Assembly (NCBI RefSeq): GCF_009914755.1 | Contig: NC_060942.1 | Source: the human T2T-CHM13v2.0 reference genome, Homo sapiens | Direction: 5' to 3' (one strand) | DNA: 64,000 nucleotides | Shown: piece after piece, positions 35,701 to 49,515 of the stretch | Numbering within the stretch: position 1 is the first letter of the stretch | How the letters are laid out: each line of letters starts with the position of its first letter | Notes under the pieces: generated by a model | Database searches by the model: none | The model's input: only the letters and a program-made list of their open reading frames with translations | What the model was told of the DNA's origin: nothing | Made by a program: the position numbers and the translations under genes

Positions 35701-38700
35701 TTGTGGAATCTGCAAGTGGATATTTGGCTAGTTTTGAGGATTTCGTTGGAAGCGGGAATTCATACAAATTGCAGACTGCAGCGTTCTGAGAAACATCTTT
35801 GTGATGTTTGTATTCAGGACACAGAGTTGAACATTCCCTATCATAGAGCAGGTTTGAATCACTCCTTTTGTAGTATCTGGAAGTGGACATTTGGAGCGCT
35901 TTCAGGCCTATGTTGGAAAAGGAAATATCTTCCCATAACAACTAGACAGAAGCATTCTCAGAAACTTATTTGAGATGTGTGTACTCAACTAAGAGAATTG
36001 AACCACCGTTTTGAAGGAGCAGTTTTGAAACACTCTTTTTCTGGAATCTGCAAGTGGATATTTGGCTAGCTTTGGGGATTTCGCTGGAAGCGGGAATACA
36101 TATAAAAAGCACACAGCAGCGTTCTGAGAAACTGCTTTCTGATGTTTGCATTCAAGTCAAAAGTTGAACACTCCCTTTCATAGAGCAGTCCTGAAACACT
36201 CCTTTTGTAGTATCTGGAACTGGACTTTTGGAGCGCTTTCAGGGCTAAGGTGAAAAAGGAAATATCTTCCCATAAAAACTGGACAGAAGCATTCTCAGAA
36301 ACTTGTTTATGCTGTATCTACTCAACTAACAAAGTTGAACCTTTCTTTTGATAGAGCAGTTTTGAAATGCTCTTTTTGTGGAATCTGCAAGTGGATATTT
36401 GGCTAGTTTTGAGGATTTCGTTGGAAGCGGGAATTCATACAAATTGCAGACTGCAGCGTTCTGAGAAACATCTTTGTGATGTTTGTATTCAGGACAGAGA
36501 GTTGAACATTCCCTATCATAGAGCAGGTTGGAATCACTCCTTTTGTAGTATCTGGAAGTGGACATTTGGAGCGCTTTCAGGCCTATGTTGAAAAAGGAAA
36601 TATCTTCCCATAACAACTAGACACAAGCATTCTCAGAAACTTGTTTGTGATGTGTGCCCTCTACTGACAGAGTTGAACCTTTCTTTTCATAGAGCAGTTT
36701 TGAAACACTCTTTTTGTAGAATCTGCAAGAGGATATTTGCATAGCTTTGAGGATTTCGTGGGAAACGGGATTGTCTTCAGGTAAAATCTAGACAGAAGCA
36801 TTCTCAGAAACTTCTTTGGGATGTTTGCATTCAAGTCACAGAGCAGAACATTCCCTTTGGTAGAGCAGGTTTGAAACACTCTTTTTGTAGTATCTGGAAG
36901 TGGACATTTGGAGCGCTTTCAGGCCTATGTTGGAAAGGGAAATATCTTCCCGTAACAACTAGGCAGAAGCATTCTCAGAAACTTATTTGAGATGTGTGTA
37001 CTCAACTAAGAGAATTGAACCACCGTTTTGAAGGAGCAGTTTTGAAACACTCTTTTTCTGGAATCTGCAAGAGGATATTTGCCTAGCCTTGAGGATTTCG
37101 TTGGAAACGGGATTGTCTTCAGATCAAATCTAGACAGAAGCATTCTCAGAAACTTCTTTGGGATGTTTGCATTCAAGTCACAGAGTAGAACATTCCCTTT
37201 GGTAGAGCAGGTTTGAAACACTCTTTTTTTAGTATATGGAAGTGGACATTTGGAGCGCTTTCAGGCCTACGTTGGAAAAGGAAATATCTTCCCATAACAA
37301 CTAGACAGAAGCATTCTCAGAAACTAGTTTCTGATGTGTGTCCTCAACTAACACAGTTGAACATTTCTTTAGACAGAACAGTTTTGAAACACTCTTTTTG
37401 TGGAATCTGCAAGTGGCTATTTGGCTAGATTTGAGGATTTCGTTGGAAACGGGATTACATATAAAAAGCAGACAGCAGCATTCTCAGAAAGTTCTTTGTG
37501 ATGATTGCATTCAAGTCACAGAATTGAACATTCCCTTTCACAGAGCAGGTTTGAAACACTCTTTTTGTAGTGTGTGTAAGTGGACATTTGGAGCACTTTC
37601 CGGCCTAAGGTGAAAAAGGAAATATCTTCCCATAAAAACTAGACAGAAGCATTCTCAGAAACTTACTCGTGATGTGTGTCCTCAACTAAAGGAGTAGAAC
37701 CTTTCTTTTCATAGAGAAGTTTTGAAACGCTCTTTTTGTGGAATCTGCAAGTGGATATTTGGCTAGTTTGGAGGATTTCGTTGGAAGCGGGAATTCATAC
37801 AAATTGCAGACTGCAGCGTTCTGAGAAACATCTTTGTGATGTTTGTATTCAGGACACAGAGTTGAACATTCCCTATCATAGAGCAGGTTTGAATCACTCC
37901 TTTTGTAGTATCTGGAAGTGGACATTTGGAGCGCTTTCAGGCCTATGTTGGAAAAGGAAATATCTTCCCATAACAACTAGACAGAAGCATTCTCAGAAAC
38001 TTATTTGAGATGTGTGTACTCAACTAAGAGAATTGAACCACCGTTTTGAAGGAGCAGTTTTGAAACACTCTTTTTCTGGAATCTGCAAGTGGATATTTGG
38101 CTAGCTTTGGGGATTTCGCTGGAAGCGGGAATACATATAAAAAGCACACAGCAGCGTTCTGAGAAACTGCTTTCTGATGTTTGCATTCAAGTCAAAAGTT
38201 GAACACTCCCTTTCATAGAGCAGTCCTGAAACACTCCTTTTGTAGTATCTGGAACTGGACTTTTGGAGCGCTTTCAGGGCTAAGGTGAAAAAGGAAATAT
38301 CTTCCCATAAAAACTGGACAGAAGCATTCTCAGAAACTTGTTTATGCTGTATCTACTCAACTAACAAAGTTGAACCTTTCTTTTGATAGAGCAGTTTTGA
38401 AATGCTCTTTTTGTGGAATCTGCAAGTGGATATTTGGCTAGTTTTGAGGATTTCGTTGGAAGCGGGAATTCATACAAATTGCAGACTGCAGCGTTCTGAG
38501 AAACATCTTTGTGATGTTTGTATTCAGGACAGAGAGTTGAACATTCCCTATCATAGAGCAGGTTGGAATCACTCCTTTTGTAGTATCTGGAAGTGGACAT
38601 TTGGAGCGCTTTCAGGCCTATGTTGAAAAAGGAAATATCTTCCCATAACAACTAGACACAAGCATTCTCAGAAACTTGTTTGTGATGTGTGCCCTCTACT

Positions 38701-41700
38701 GACAGAGTTGAACCTTTCTTTTCATAGAGCAGTTTTGAAACACTCTTTTTGTAGAATCTGCAAGAGGATATTTGCATAGCTTTGAGGATTTCGTGGGAAA
38801 CGGGATTGTCTTCAGGTAAAATCTAGACAGAAGCATTCTCAGAAACTTCTTTGGGATGTTTGCATTCAAGTCACAGAGCAGAACATTACCTTTGGTAGAG
38901 CAGGTTTGAAACACTCTTTTTGTAGTATCTGGAAGTGGACATTTGGAGCGCTTTCAGGCCTATGTTGGAAAGGGAAATATCTTCCCGTAACAACTAGGCA
39001 GAAGCATTCTCAGAAACTTATTTGAGATGTGTGTACTCAACTAAGAGAATTGAACCACCGTTTTGAAGGAGCAGTTTTGAAACACTCTTTTTCTGGAATC
39101 TGCAAGAGGATATTTGCCTAGCCTTGAGGATTTCGTTGGAAACGGGATTGTCTTCAGATCAAATCTAGACAGAAGCATTCTCAGAAACTTCCTTGGGATG
39201 TTTGCATTCATGTCACAGAGTAGAACATTCCCTTTGGTAGAGCAGGTTTGAAACACTCTTTTTTAAGTATATGGAAGTGGACATTTGGAGCGCTTTCAGG
39301 CCTACGTTGGAAAAGGAAATATCTTCCCATAACAACTAGACAGAAGCATTCTCAGAAACTAGTTTCTGATGTGTGTCCTCAACTAACACAGTTGAACATT
39401 TCTTTAGACAGAACAGTTTTGAAACACTCTTTTTGTGGAATCTGCAAGTGGCTATTTGGCTAGATTTGAGGATTTCGTTGGAAACGGGATTACATATAAA
39501 AAGCAGACAGCAGCATTCTCAGAAAGTTCTTTGTGATGATTGCATTCAAGTCACAGAATTGAACATTCCCTTTCACAGAGCAGGTTTGAAACACTCTTTT
39601 TGTAGTGTGTGTAAGTGGACATTTGGAGCACTTTCCGGCCTAAGGTGAAAAAGGAAATATCTTCCCATAAAAACTAGACAGAAGCATTCTCAGAAACTTA
39701 CTCGTGATGTGTGTCCTCAACTAAAGGAGTAGAACCTTTCTTTTCATAGAGAAGTTTTGAAACGCTCTTTTTGTGGAATCTGCAAGTGGATATTTGGCTA
39801 GTTTTGAGGATTTCGTTGGAAGCGGGAATTCATACAAATTGCAGACTGCAGCGTTCTGAGAAACATCTTTGTGATGTTTGTATTCAGGACACAGAGTTGA
39901 ACATTCCCTATCATAGAGCAGGTTTGAATCACTCCTTTTGTAGTATCTGGAAGTGGACATTTGGAGCGCTTTCAGGCCTATGTTGGAAAAGGAAATATCT
40001 TCCCATAACAACTAGACAGAAGCATTCTCAGAAACTTATTTGAGATGTGTGTACTCAACTAAGAGAATTGAACCACCGTTTTGAAGGAGCAGTTTTGAAA
40101 CACTCTTTTTCTGGAATCTGCAAGTGGATATTTGGCTAGCTTTGGGGATTTCGCTGGAAGCGGGAATACATATAAAAAGCACACAGCAGCGTTCTGAGAA
40201 ACTGCTTTCTGATGTTTGCATTCAAGTCAAAAGTTGAACACTCCCTTTCATAGAGCAGTCCTGAAACACTCCTTTTGTAGTATCTGGAACTGGACTTTTG
40301 GAGCGCTTTCAGGGCTAAGGTGAAAAAGGAAATATCTTCCCATAAAAACTGGACAGAAGCATTCTCAGAAACTTGTTTATGCTGTATCTACTCAACTAAC
40401 AAAGTTGAACCTTTCTTTTGATAGAGCAGTTTTGAAATGCTCTTTTTGTGGAATCTGCAAGTGGATATTTGGCTAGTTTTGAGGATTTCGTTGGAAGCGG
40501 GAATTCATACAAATTGCAGACTGCAGCGTTCTGAGAAACATCTTTGTGATGTTTGTATTCAGGACAGAGAGTTGAACATTCCCTATCATAGAGCAGGTTG
40601 GAATCACTCCTTTTGTAGTATCTGGAAGTGGACATTTGGAGCGCTTTCAGGCCTATGTTGAAAAAGGAAATATCTTCCCATAACAACTAGACACAAGCAT
40701 TCTCAGAAACTTGTTTGTGATGTGTGCCCTCTACTGACAGAGTTGAACCTTTCTTTTCATAGAGCAGTTTTGAAACACTCTTTTTGTAGAATCTGCAAGA
40801 GGATATTTGCATAGCTTTGAGGATTTCGTGGGAAACGGGATTGTCTTCAGGTAAAATCTAGACAGAAGCATTCTCAGAAACTTCTTTGGGATGTTTGCAT
40901 TCAAGTCACAGAGCAGAACATTCCCTTTGGTAGAGCAGGTTTGAAACACTCTTTTTGTAGTATCTGGAAGTGGACATTTGGAGCGCTTTCAGGCCTATGT
41001 TGGAAAGGGAAATATCTTCCCGTAACAACTAGGCAGAAGCATTCTCAGAAACTTATTTGAGATGTGTGTACTCAACTAAGAGAATTGAACCACCGTTTTG
41101 AAGGAGCAGTTTTGAAACACTCTTTTTCTGGAATCTGCAAGAGGATATTTGCCTAGCCTTGAGGATTTCGTTGGAAACGGGATTGTCTTCAGATCAAATC
41201 TAGACAGAAGCATTCTCAGAAACTTCTTTGGGATGTTTGCATTCATGTCACAGAGTAGAACATTCCCTTTGGTAGAGCAGGTTTGAAACACTCTTTTTTA
41301 AGTATATGGAAGTGGACATTTGGAGCGCTTTCAGGCCTACGTTGGAAAAGGAAATATCTTCCCATAACAACTAGACAGAAGCATTCTCAGAAACTAGCTT
41401 CTGATGTGTGTCCTCAACTAACACAGTTGAACATTTCTTTAGACAGAACAGTTTTGAAACACTCTTTTTGTGGAATCTGCAAGTGGCTATTTGGCTAGAT
41501 TTGAGGATTTCGTTGGAAACGGGATTACATATAAAAAGCAGACAGCAGCATTCTCAGAAAGTTCTTTGTGATGATTGCATTCAAGTCACAGAATTGAACA
41601 TTCCCTTTCACAGAGCAGGTTTGAAACACTCTTTTTGTAGTGTGTGTAAGTGGACATTTGGAGCACTTTCCGGCCTAAGGTGAAAAAGGAAATATCTTCC

Positions 41701-44700
41701 CATAAAAACTAGACAGAAGCATTCTCAGAAACTTACTCGTGATGTGTGTCCTCAACTAAAGGAGTAGAACCTTTCTTTTCATAGAGAAGTTTTGAAACGC
41801 TCTTTTTGTGGAATCTGCAAGTGGATATTTGGCTAGTTTTGAGGATTTCGTTGGAAGCGGGAATTCATACAAATTGCAGACTGCAGCGTTCTGAGAAACA
41901 TCTTTGTGATGTTTGTATTCAGGACACAGAGTTGAACATTCCCTATCATAGAGCAGGTTTGAATCACTCCTTTTGTAGTATCTGGAAGTGGACATTTGGA
42001 GCGCTTTCAGGCCTATGTTGGAAAAGGAAATATCTTCCCATAACAACTAGACAGAAGCATTCTCAGAAACTTATTTGAGATGTGTGTACTCAACTAAGAG
42101 AATTGAACCACCGTTTTGAAGGAGCAGTTTTGAAACACTCTTTTTCTGGAATCTGCAAGTGGATATTTGGCTAGCTTTGGGGATTTCGCTGGAAGCGGGA
42201 ATACATATAAAAAGCACACAGCAGCGTTCTGAGAAACTGCTTTCTGATGTTTGCATTCAAGTCAAAAGTTGAACACTCCCTTTCATAGAGCAGTCCTGAA
42301 ACACTCCTTTTGTAGTATCTGGAACTGGACTTTTGGAGCGCTTTCAGGGCTAAGGTGAAAAAGGAAATATCTTCCCATAAAAACTGGACAGAAGCATTCT
42401 CAGAAACTTGTTTATGCTGTATCTACTCAACTAACAAAGTTGAACCTTTCTTTTGATAGAGCAGTTTTGAAATGCTCTTTTTGTGGAATCTGCAAGTGGA
42501 TATTTGGCTAGTTTTGAGGATTTCGTTGGAAGCGGGAATTCATACAAATTGCAGACTGCAGCGTTCTGAGAAACATCTTTGTGATGTTTGTATTCAGGAC
42601 AGAGAGTTGAACATTCCCTATCATAGAGCAGGTTGGAATCACTCCTTTTGTAGTATCTGGAAGTGGACATTTGGAGCGCTTTCAGGCCTATGTTGAAAAA
42701 GGAAATATCTTCCCATAACAACTAGACACAAGCATTCTCAGAAACTTGTTTGTGATGTGTGCCCTCTACTGACAGAGTTGAACCTTTCTTTTCATAGAGC
42801 AGTTTTGAAACACTCTTTTTGTAGAATCTGCAAGAGGATATTTGCATAGCTTTGAGGATTTCGTGGGAAACGGGATTGTCTTCAGGTAAAATCTAGACAG
42901 AAGCATTCTCAGAAACTTCTTTGGGATGTTTGCATTCAAGTCACAGAGCAGAACATTCCCTTTGGTAGAGCAGGTTTGAAACACTCTTTTTGTAGTATCT
43001 GGAAGTGGACATTTGGAGCGCTTTCAGGCCTATGTTGGAAAGGGAAATATCTTCCCGTAACAACTAGGCAGAAGCATTCTCAGAAACTTATTTGAGATGT
43101 GTGTACTCAACTAAGAGAATTGAACCACCGTTTTGAAGGAGCAGTTTTGAAACACTCTTTTTCTGGAATCTGCAAGAGGATATTTGCCTAGCCTTGAGGA
43201 TTTCGTTGGAAACGGGATTGTCTTCAGATCAAATCTAGACAGAAGCATTCTCAGAAACTTCTTTGGGATGTTTGCATTCAAGTCACAGAGTAGAACATTC
43301 CCTTTGGTAGAGCAGGTTTGAAACACTCTTTTTTTAGTATATGGAAGTGGACATTTGGAGCGCTTTCAGGCCTACGTTGGAAAAGGAAATATCTTCCCAT
43401 AACAACTAGACAGAAGCATTCTCAGAAACTAGTTTCTGATGTGTGTCCTCAACTAACACAGTTGAACATTTCTTTAGACAGAACAGTTTTGAAACACTCT
43501 TTTTGTGGAATCTGCAAGTGGCTATTTGGCTAGATTTGAGGATTTCGTTGGAAACGGGATTACATATAAAAAGCAGACAGCAGCATTCTCAGAAAGTTCT
43601 TTGTGATGATTGCATTCAAGTCACAGAATTGAACATTCCCTTTCACAGAGCAGGTTTGAAACACTCTTTTTGTAGTGTGTGTAAGTGGACATTTGGAGCA
43701 CTTTCCGGCCTAAGGTGAAAAAGGAAATATCTTCCCATAAAAACTAGACAGAAGCATTCTCAGAAACTTACTCGTGATGTGTGTCCTCAACTAAAGGAGT
43801 AGAACCTTTCTTTTCATAGAGAAGTTTTGAAACGCTCTTTTTGTGGAATCTGCAAGTGGATATTTGGCTAGTTTTGAGGATTTCGTTGGAAGCGGGAATT
43901 CATACAAATTGCAGACTGCAGCGTTCTGAGAAACATCTTTGTGATGTTTGTATTCAGGACACAGAGTTGAACATTCCCTATCATAGAGCAGGTTTGAATC
44001 ACTCCTTTTGTAGTATCTGGAAGTGGACATTTGGAGCGCTTTCAGGCCTATGTTGGAAAAGGAAATATCTTCCCATAACAACTAGACAGAAGCATTCTCA
44101 GAAACTTATTTGAGATGTGTGTACTCAACTAAGAGAATTGAACCACCGTTTTGAAGGAGCAGTTTTGAAACACTCTTTTTCTGGAATCTGCAAGTGGATA
44201 TTTGGCTAGCTTTGGGGATTTCGCTGGAAGCGGGAATACATATAAAAAGCACACAGCAGCGTTCTGAGAAACTGCTTTCTGATGTTTGCATTCAAGTCAA
44301 AAGTTGAACACTCCCTTTCATAGAGCAGTCCTGAAACACTCCTTTTGTAGTATCTGGAACTGGACTTTTGGAGCGCTTTCAGGGCTAAGGTGAAAAAGGA
44401 AATATCTTCCCATAAAAACTGGACAGAAGCATTCTCAGAAACTTGTTTATGCTGTATCTACTCAACTAACAAAGTTGAACCTTTCTTTTGATAGAGCAGT
44501 TTTGAAATGCTCTTTTTGTGGAATCTGCAAGTGGATATTTGGCTAGTTTTGAGGATTTCGTTGGAAGCGGGAATTCATACAAATTGCAGACTGCAGCGTT
44601 CTGAGAAACATCTTTGTGATGTTTGTATTCAGGACAGAGAGTTGAACATTCCCTATCATAGAGCAGGTTGGAATCACTCCTTTTGTAGTATCTGGAAGTG

Positions 44701-47700
44701 GACATTTGGAGCGCTTTCAGGCCTATGTTGAAAAAGGAAATATCTTCCCATAACAACTAGACACAAGCATTCTCAGAAACTTGTTTGTGATGTGTGCCCT
44801 CTACTGACAGAGTTGAACCTTTCTTTTCATAGAGCAGTTTTGAAACACTCTTTTTGTAGAATCTGCAAGAGGATATTTGCATAGCTTTGAGGATTTCGTG
44901 GGAAACGGGATTGTCTTCAGGTAAAATCTAGACAGAAGCATTCTCAGAAACTTCTTTGGGATGTTTGCATTCAAGTCACAGAGCAGAACATTCCCTTTGG
45001 TAGAGCAGGTTTGAAACACTCTTTTTGTAGTATCTGGAAGTGGACATTTGGAGCGCTTTCAGGCCTATGTTGGAAAGGGAAATATCTTCCCGTAACAACT
45101 AGGCAGAAGCATTCTCAGAAACTTATTTGAGATGTGTGTACTCAACTAAGAGAATTGAACCACCGTTTTGAAGGAGCAGTTTTGAAACACTCTTTTTCTG
45201 GAATCTGCAAGAGGATATTTGCCTAGCCTTGAGGATTTCGTTGGAAACGGGATTGTCTTCAGATCAAATCTAGACAGAAGCATTCTCAGAAACTTCCTTG
45301 GGATGTTTGCATTCATGTCACAGAGTAGAACATTCCCTTTGGTAGAGCAGGTTTGAAACACTCTTTTTTAAGTATATGGAAGTGGACATTTGGAGCGCTT
45401 TCAGGCCTACGTTGGAAAAGGAAATATCTTCCCATAACAACTAGACAGAAGCATTCTCAGAAACTAGTTTCTGATGTGTGTCCTCAACTAACACAGTTGA
45501 ACATTTCTTTAGACAGAACAGTTTTGAAACACTCTTTTTGTGGAATCTGCAAGTGGCTATTTGGCTAGATTTGAGGATTTCGTTGGAAACGGGATTACAT
45601 ATAAAAAGCAGACAGCAGCATTCTCAGAAAGTTCTTTGTGATGATTGCATTCAAGTCACAGAATTGAACATTCCCTTTCACAGAGCAGGTTTGAAACACT
45701 CTTTTTGTAGTGTGTGTAAGTGGACATTTGGAGCACTTTCCGGCCTAAGGTGAAAAAGGAAATATCTTCCCATAAAAACTAGACAGAAGCATTCTCAGAA
45801 ACTTACTCGTGATGTGTGTCCTCAACTAAAGGAGTAGAACCTTTCTTTTCATAGAGAAGTTTTGAAACGCTCTTTTTGTGGAATCTGCAAGTGGATATTT
45901 GGCTAGTTTTGAGGATTTCGTTGGAAGCGGGAATTCATACAAATTGCAGACTGCAGCGTTCTGAGAAACATCTTTGTGATGTTTGTATTCAGGACACAGA
46001 GTTGAACATTCCCTATCATAGAGCAGGTTTGAATCACTCCTTTTGTAGTATCTGGAAGTGGACATTTGGAGCGCTTTCAGGCCTATGTTGGAAAAGGAAA
46101 TATCTTCCCATAACAACTAGACAGAAGCATTCTCAGAAACTTATTTGAGATGTGTGTACTCAACTAAGAGAATTGAACCACCGTTTTGAAGGAGCAGTTT
46201 TGAAACACTCTTTTTCTGGAATCTGCAAGTGGATATTTGGCTAGCTTTGGGGATTTCGCTGGAAGCGGGAATACATATAAAAAGCACACAGCAGCGTTCT
46301 GAGAAACTGCTTTCTGATGTTTGCATTCAAGTCAAAAGTTGAACACTCCCTTTCATAGAGCAGTCCTGAAACACTCCTTTTGTAGTATCTGGAACTGGAC
46401 TTTTGGAGCGCTTTCAGGGCTAAGGTGAAAAAGGAAATATCTTCCCATAAAAACTGGACAGAAGCATTCTCAGAAACTTGTTTATGCTGTATCTACTCAA
46501 CTAACAAAGTTGAACCTTTCTTTTGATAGAGCAGTTTTGAAATGCTCTTTTTGTGGAATCTGCAAGTGGATATTTGGCTAGTTTTGAGGATTTCGTTGGA
46601 AGCGGGAATTCATACAAATTGCAGACTGCAGCGTTCTGAGAAACATCTTTGTGATGTTTGTATTCAGGACAGAGAGTTGAACATTCCCTATCATAGAGCA
46701 GGTTGGAATCACTCCTTTTGTAGTATCTGGAAGTGGACATTTGGAGCGCTTTCAGGCCTATGTTGAAAAAGGAAATATCTTCCCATAACAACTAGACACA
46801 AGCATTCTCAGAAACTTGTTTGTGATGTGTGCCCTCTACTGACAGAGTTGAACCTTTCTTTTCATAGAGCAGTTTTGAAACACTCTTTTTGTAGAATCTG
46901 CAAGAGGATATTTGCATAGCTTTGAGGATTTCGTGGGAAACGGGATTGTCTTCAGGTAAAATCTAGACAGAAGCATTCTCAGAAACTTCTTTGGGATGTT
47001 TGCATTCAAGTCACAGAGCAGAACATTACCTTTGGTAGAGCAGGTTTGAAACACTCTTTTTGTAGTATCTGGAAGTGGACATTTAGAGCGCTTTCAGGCC
47101 TATGTTGGAAAGGGAAATATCTTCCCGTAACAACTAGGCAGAAGCATTCTCAGAAACTTATTTGAGATGTGTGTACTCAACTAAGAGAATTGAACCACCG
47201 TTTTGAAGGAGCAGTTTTGAAACACTCTTTTTCTGGAATCTGCAAGAGGATATTTGCCTAGCCTTGAGGATTTCGTTGGAAACGGGATTGTCTTCAGATC
47301 AAATCTAGACAGAAGCATTCTCAGAAACTTCTTTGGGATGTTTGCATTCATGTCACAGAGTAGAACATTCCCTTTGGTAGAGCAGGTTTGAAACACTCTT
47401 TTTTAAGTATATGGAAGTGGACATTTGGAGCGCTTTCAGGCCTACGTTGGAAAAGGAAATATCTTCCCATAACAACTAGACAGAAGCATTCTCAGAAACT
47501 AGCTTCTGATGTGTGTCCTCAACTAACACAGTTGAACATTTCTTTAGACAGAACAGTTTTGAAACACTCTTTTTGTGGAATCTGCAAGTGGCTATTTGGC
47601 TAGATTTGAGGATTTCGTTGGAAACGGGATTACATATAAAAAGCAGACAGCAGCATTCTCAGAAAGTTCTTTGTGATGATTGCATTCAAGTCACAGAATT

Positions 47701-49515
47701 GAACATTCCCTTTCACAGAGCAGGTTTGAAACACTCTTTTTGTAGTGTGTGTAAGTGGACATTTGGAGCACTTTCCGGCCTAAGGTGAAAAAGGAAATAT
47801 CTTCCCATAAAAACTAGACAGAAGCATTCTCAGAAACTTACTCGTGATGTGTGTCCTCAACTAAAGGAGTAGAACCTTTCTTTTCATAGAGAAGTTTTGA
47901 AACGCTCTTTTTGTGGAATCTGCAAGTGGATATTTGGCTAGTTTTGAGGATTTCGTTGGAAGCGGGAATTCATACAAATTGCAGACTGCAGCGTTCTGAG
48001 AAACATCTTTGTGATGTTTGTATTCAGGACACAGAGTTGAACATTCCCTATCATAGAGCAGGTTTGAATCACTCCTTTTGTAGTATCTGGAAGTGGACAT
48101 TTGGAGCGCTTTCAGGCCTATGTTGGAAAAGGAAATATCTTCCCATAACAACTAGACAGAAGCATTCTCAGAAACTTATTTGAGATGTGTGTACTCAACT
48201 AAGAGAATTGAACCACCGTTTTGAAGGAGCAGTTTTGAAACACTCTTTTTCTGGAATCTGCAAGTGGATATTTGGCTAGCTTTGGGGATTTCGCTGGAAG
48301 CGGGAATACATATAAAAAGCACACAGCAGCGTTCTGAGAAACTGCTTTCTGATGTTTGCATTCAAGTCAAAAGTTGAACACTCCCTTTCATAGAGCAGTC
48401 CTGAAACACTCCTTTTGTAGTATCTGGAACTGGACTTTTGGAGCGCTTTCAGGGCTAAGGTGAAAAAGGAAATATCTTCCCATAAAAACTGGACAGAAGC
48501 ATTCTCAGAAACTTGTTTATGCTGTATCTACTCAACTAACAAAGTTGAACCTTTCTTTTGATAGAGCAGTTTTGAAATGCTCTTTTTGTGGAATCTGCAA
48601 GTGGATATTTGGCTAGTTTTGAGGATTTCGTTGGAAGCGGGAATTCATACAAATTGCAGACTGCAGCGTTCTGAGAAACATCTTTGTGATGTTTGTATTC
48701 AGGACAGAGAGTTGAACATTCCCTATCATAGAGCAGGTTGGAATCACTCCTTTTGTAGTATCTGGAAGTGGACATTTGGAGCGCTTTCAGGCCTATGTTG
48801 AAAAAGGAAATATCTTCCCATAACAACTAGACACAAGCATTCTCAGAAACTTGTTTGTGATGTGTGCCCTCTACTGACAGAGTTGAACCTTTCTTTTCAT
48901 AGAGCAGTTTTGAAACACTCTTTTTGTAGAATCTGCAAGAGGATATTTGCATAGCTTTGAGGATTTCGTGGGAAACGGGATTGTCTTCAGGTAAAATCTA
49001 GACAGAAGCATTCTCAGAAACTTCTTTGGGATGTTTGCATTCAAGTCACAGAGCAGAACATTCCCTTTGGTAGAGCAGGTTTGAAACACTCTTTTTGTAG
49101 TATCTGGAAGTGGACATTTGGAGCGCTTTCAGGCCTATGTTGGAAAGGGAAATATCTTCCCGTAACAACTAGGCAGAAGCATTCTCAGAAACTTATTTGA
49201 GATGTGTGTACTCAACTAAGAGAATTGAACCACCGTTTTGAAGGAGCAGTTTTGAAACACTCTTTTTCTGGAATCTGCAAGAGGATATTTGCCTAGCCTT
49301 GAGGATTTCGTTGGAAACGGGATTGTCTTCAGATCAAATCTAGACAGAAGCATTCTCAGAAACTTCTTTGGGATGTTTGCATTCAAGTCACAGAGTAGAA
49401 CATTCCCTTTGGTAGAGCAGGTTTGAAACACTCTTTTTTTAGTATATGGAAGTGGACATTTGGAGCGCTTTCAGGCCTACGTTGGAAAAGGAAATATCTT
49501 CCCATAACAACTAGA
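2711..49515 (+). repeat. 23 consecutive canonical 12-mer HORs (starts 2711 + n x 2035)
   Basis: An exact 2035-bp period is kept across 46,805 bp. Only substitutions distinguish the copies. Confidence 0.97.
12334..12350 (+). promoter_or_regulatory. Disrupted CENP-B box (monomer I of the HOR starting 10851)
   Basis: TTTCGTGGGAAAAGGGA: C>A at 12346 removes the essential CGGG. Confidence 0.9.

Noticed and set aside
4003-47085. Isolated singleton SNVs (e.g. 4003, 4013, 4899, 6125, 13171, 17632, 18607, 24358, 37770, 47085)
   Set aside because: These are ordinary private mutations or possible consensus errors. They are useful as mapping anchors but show no pattern.
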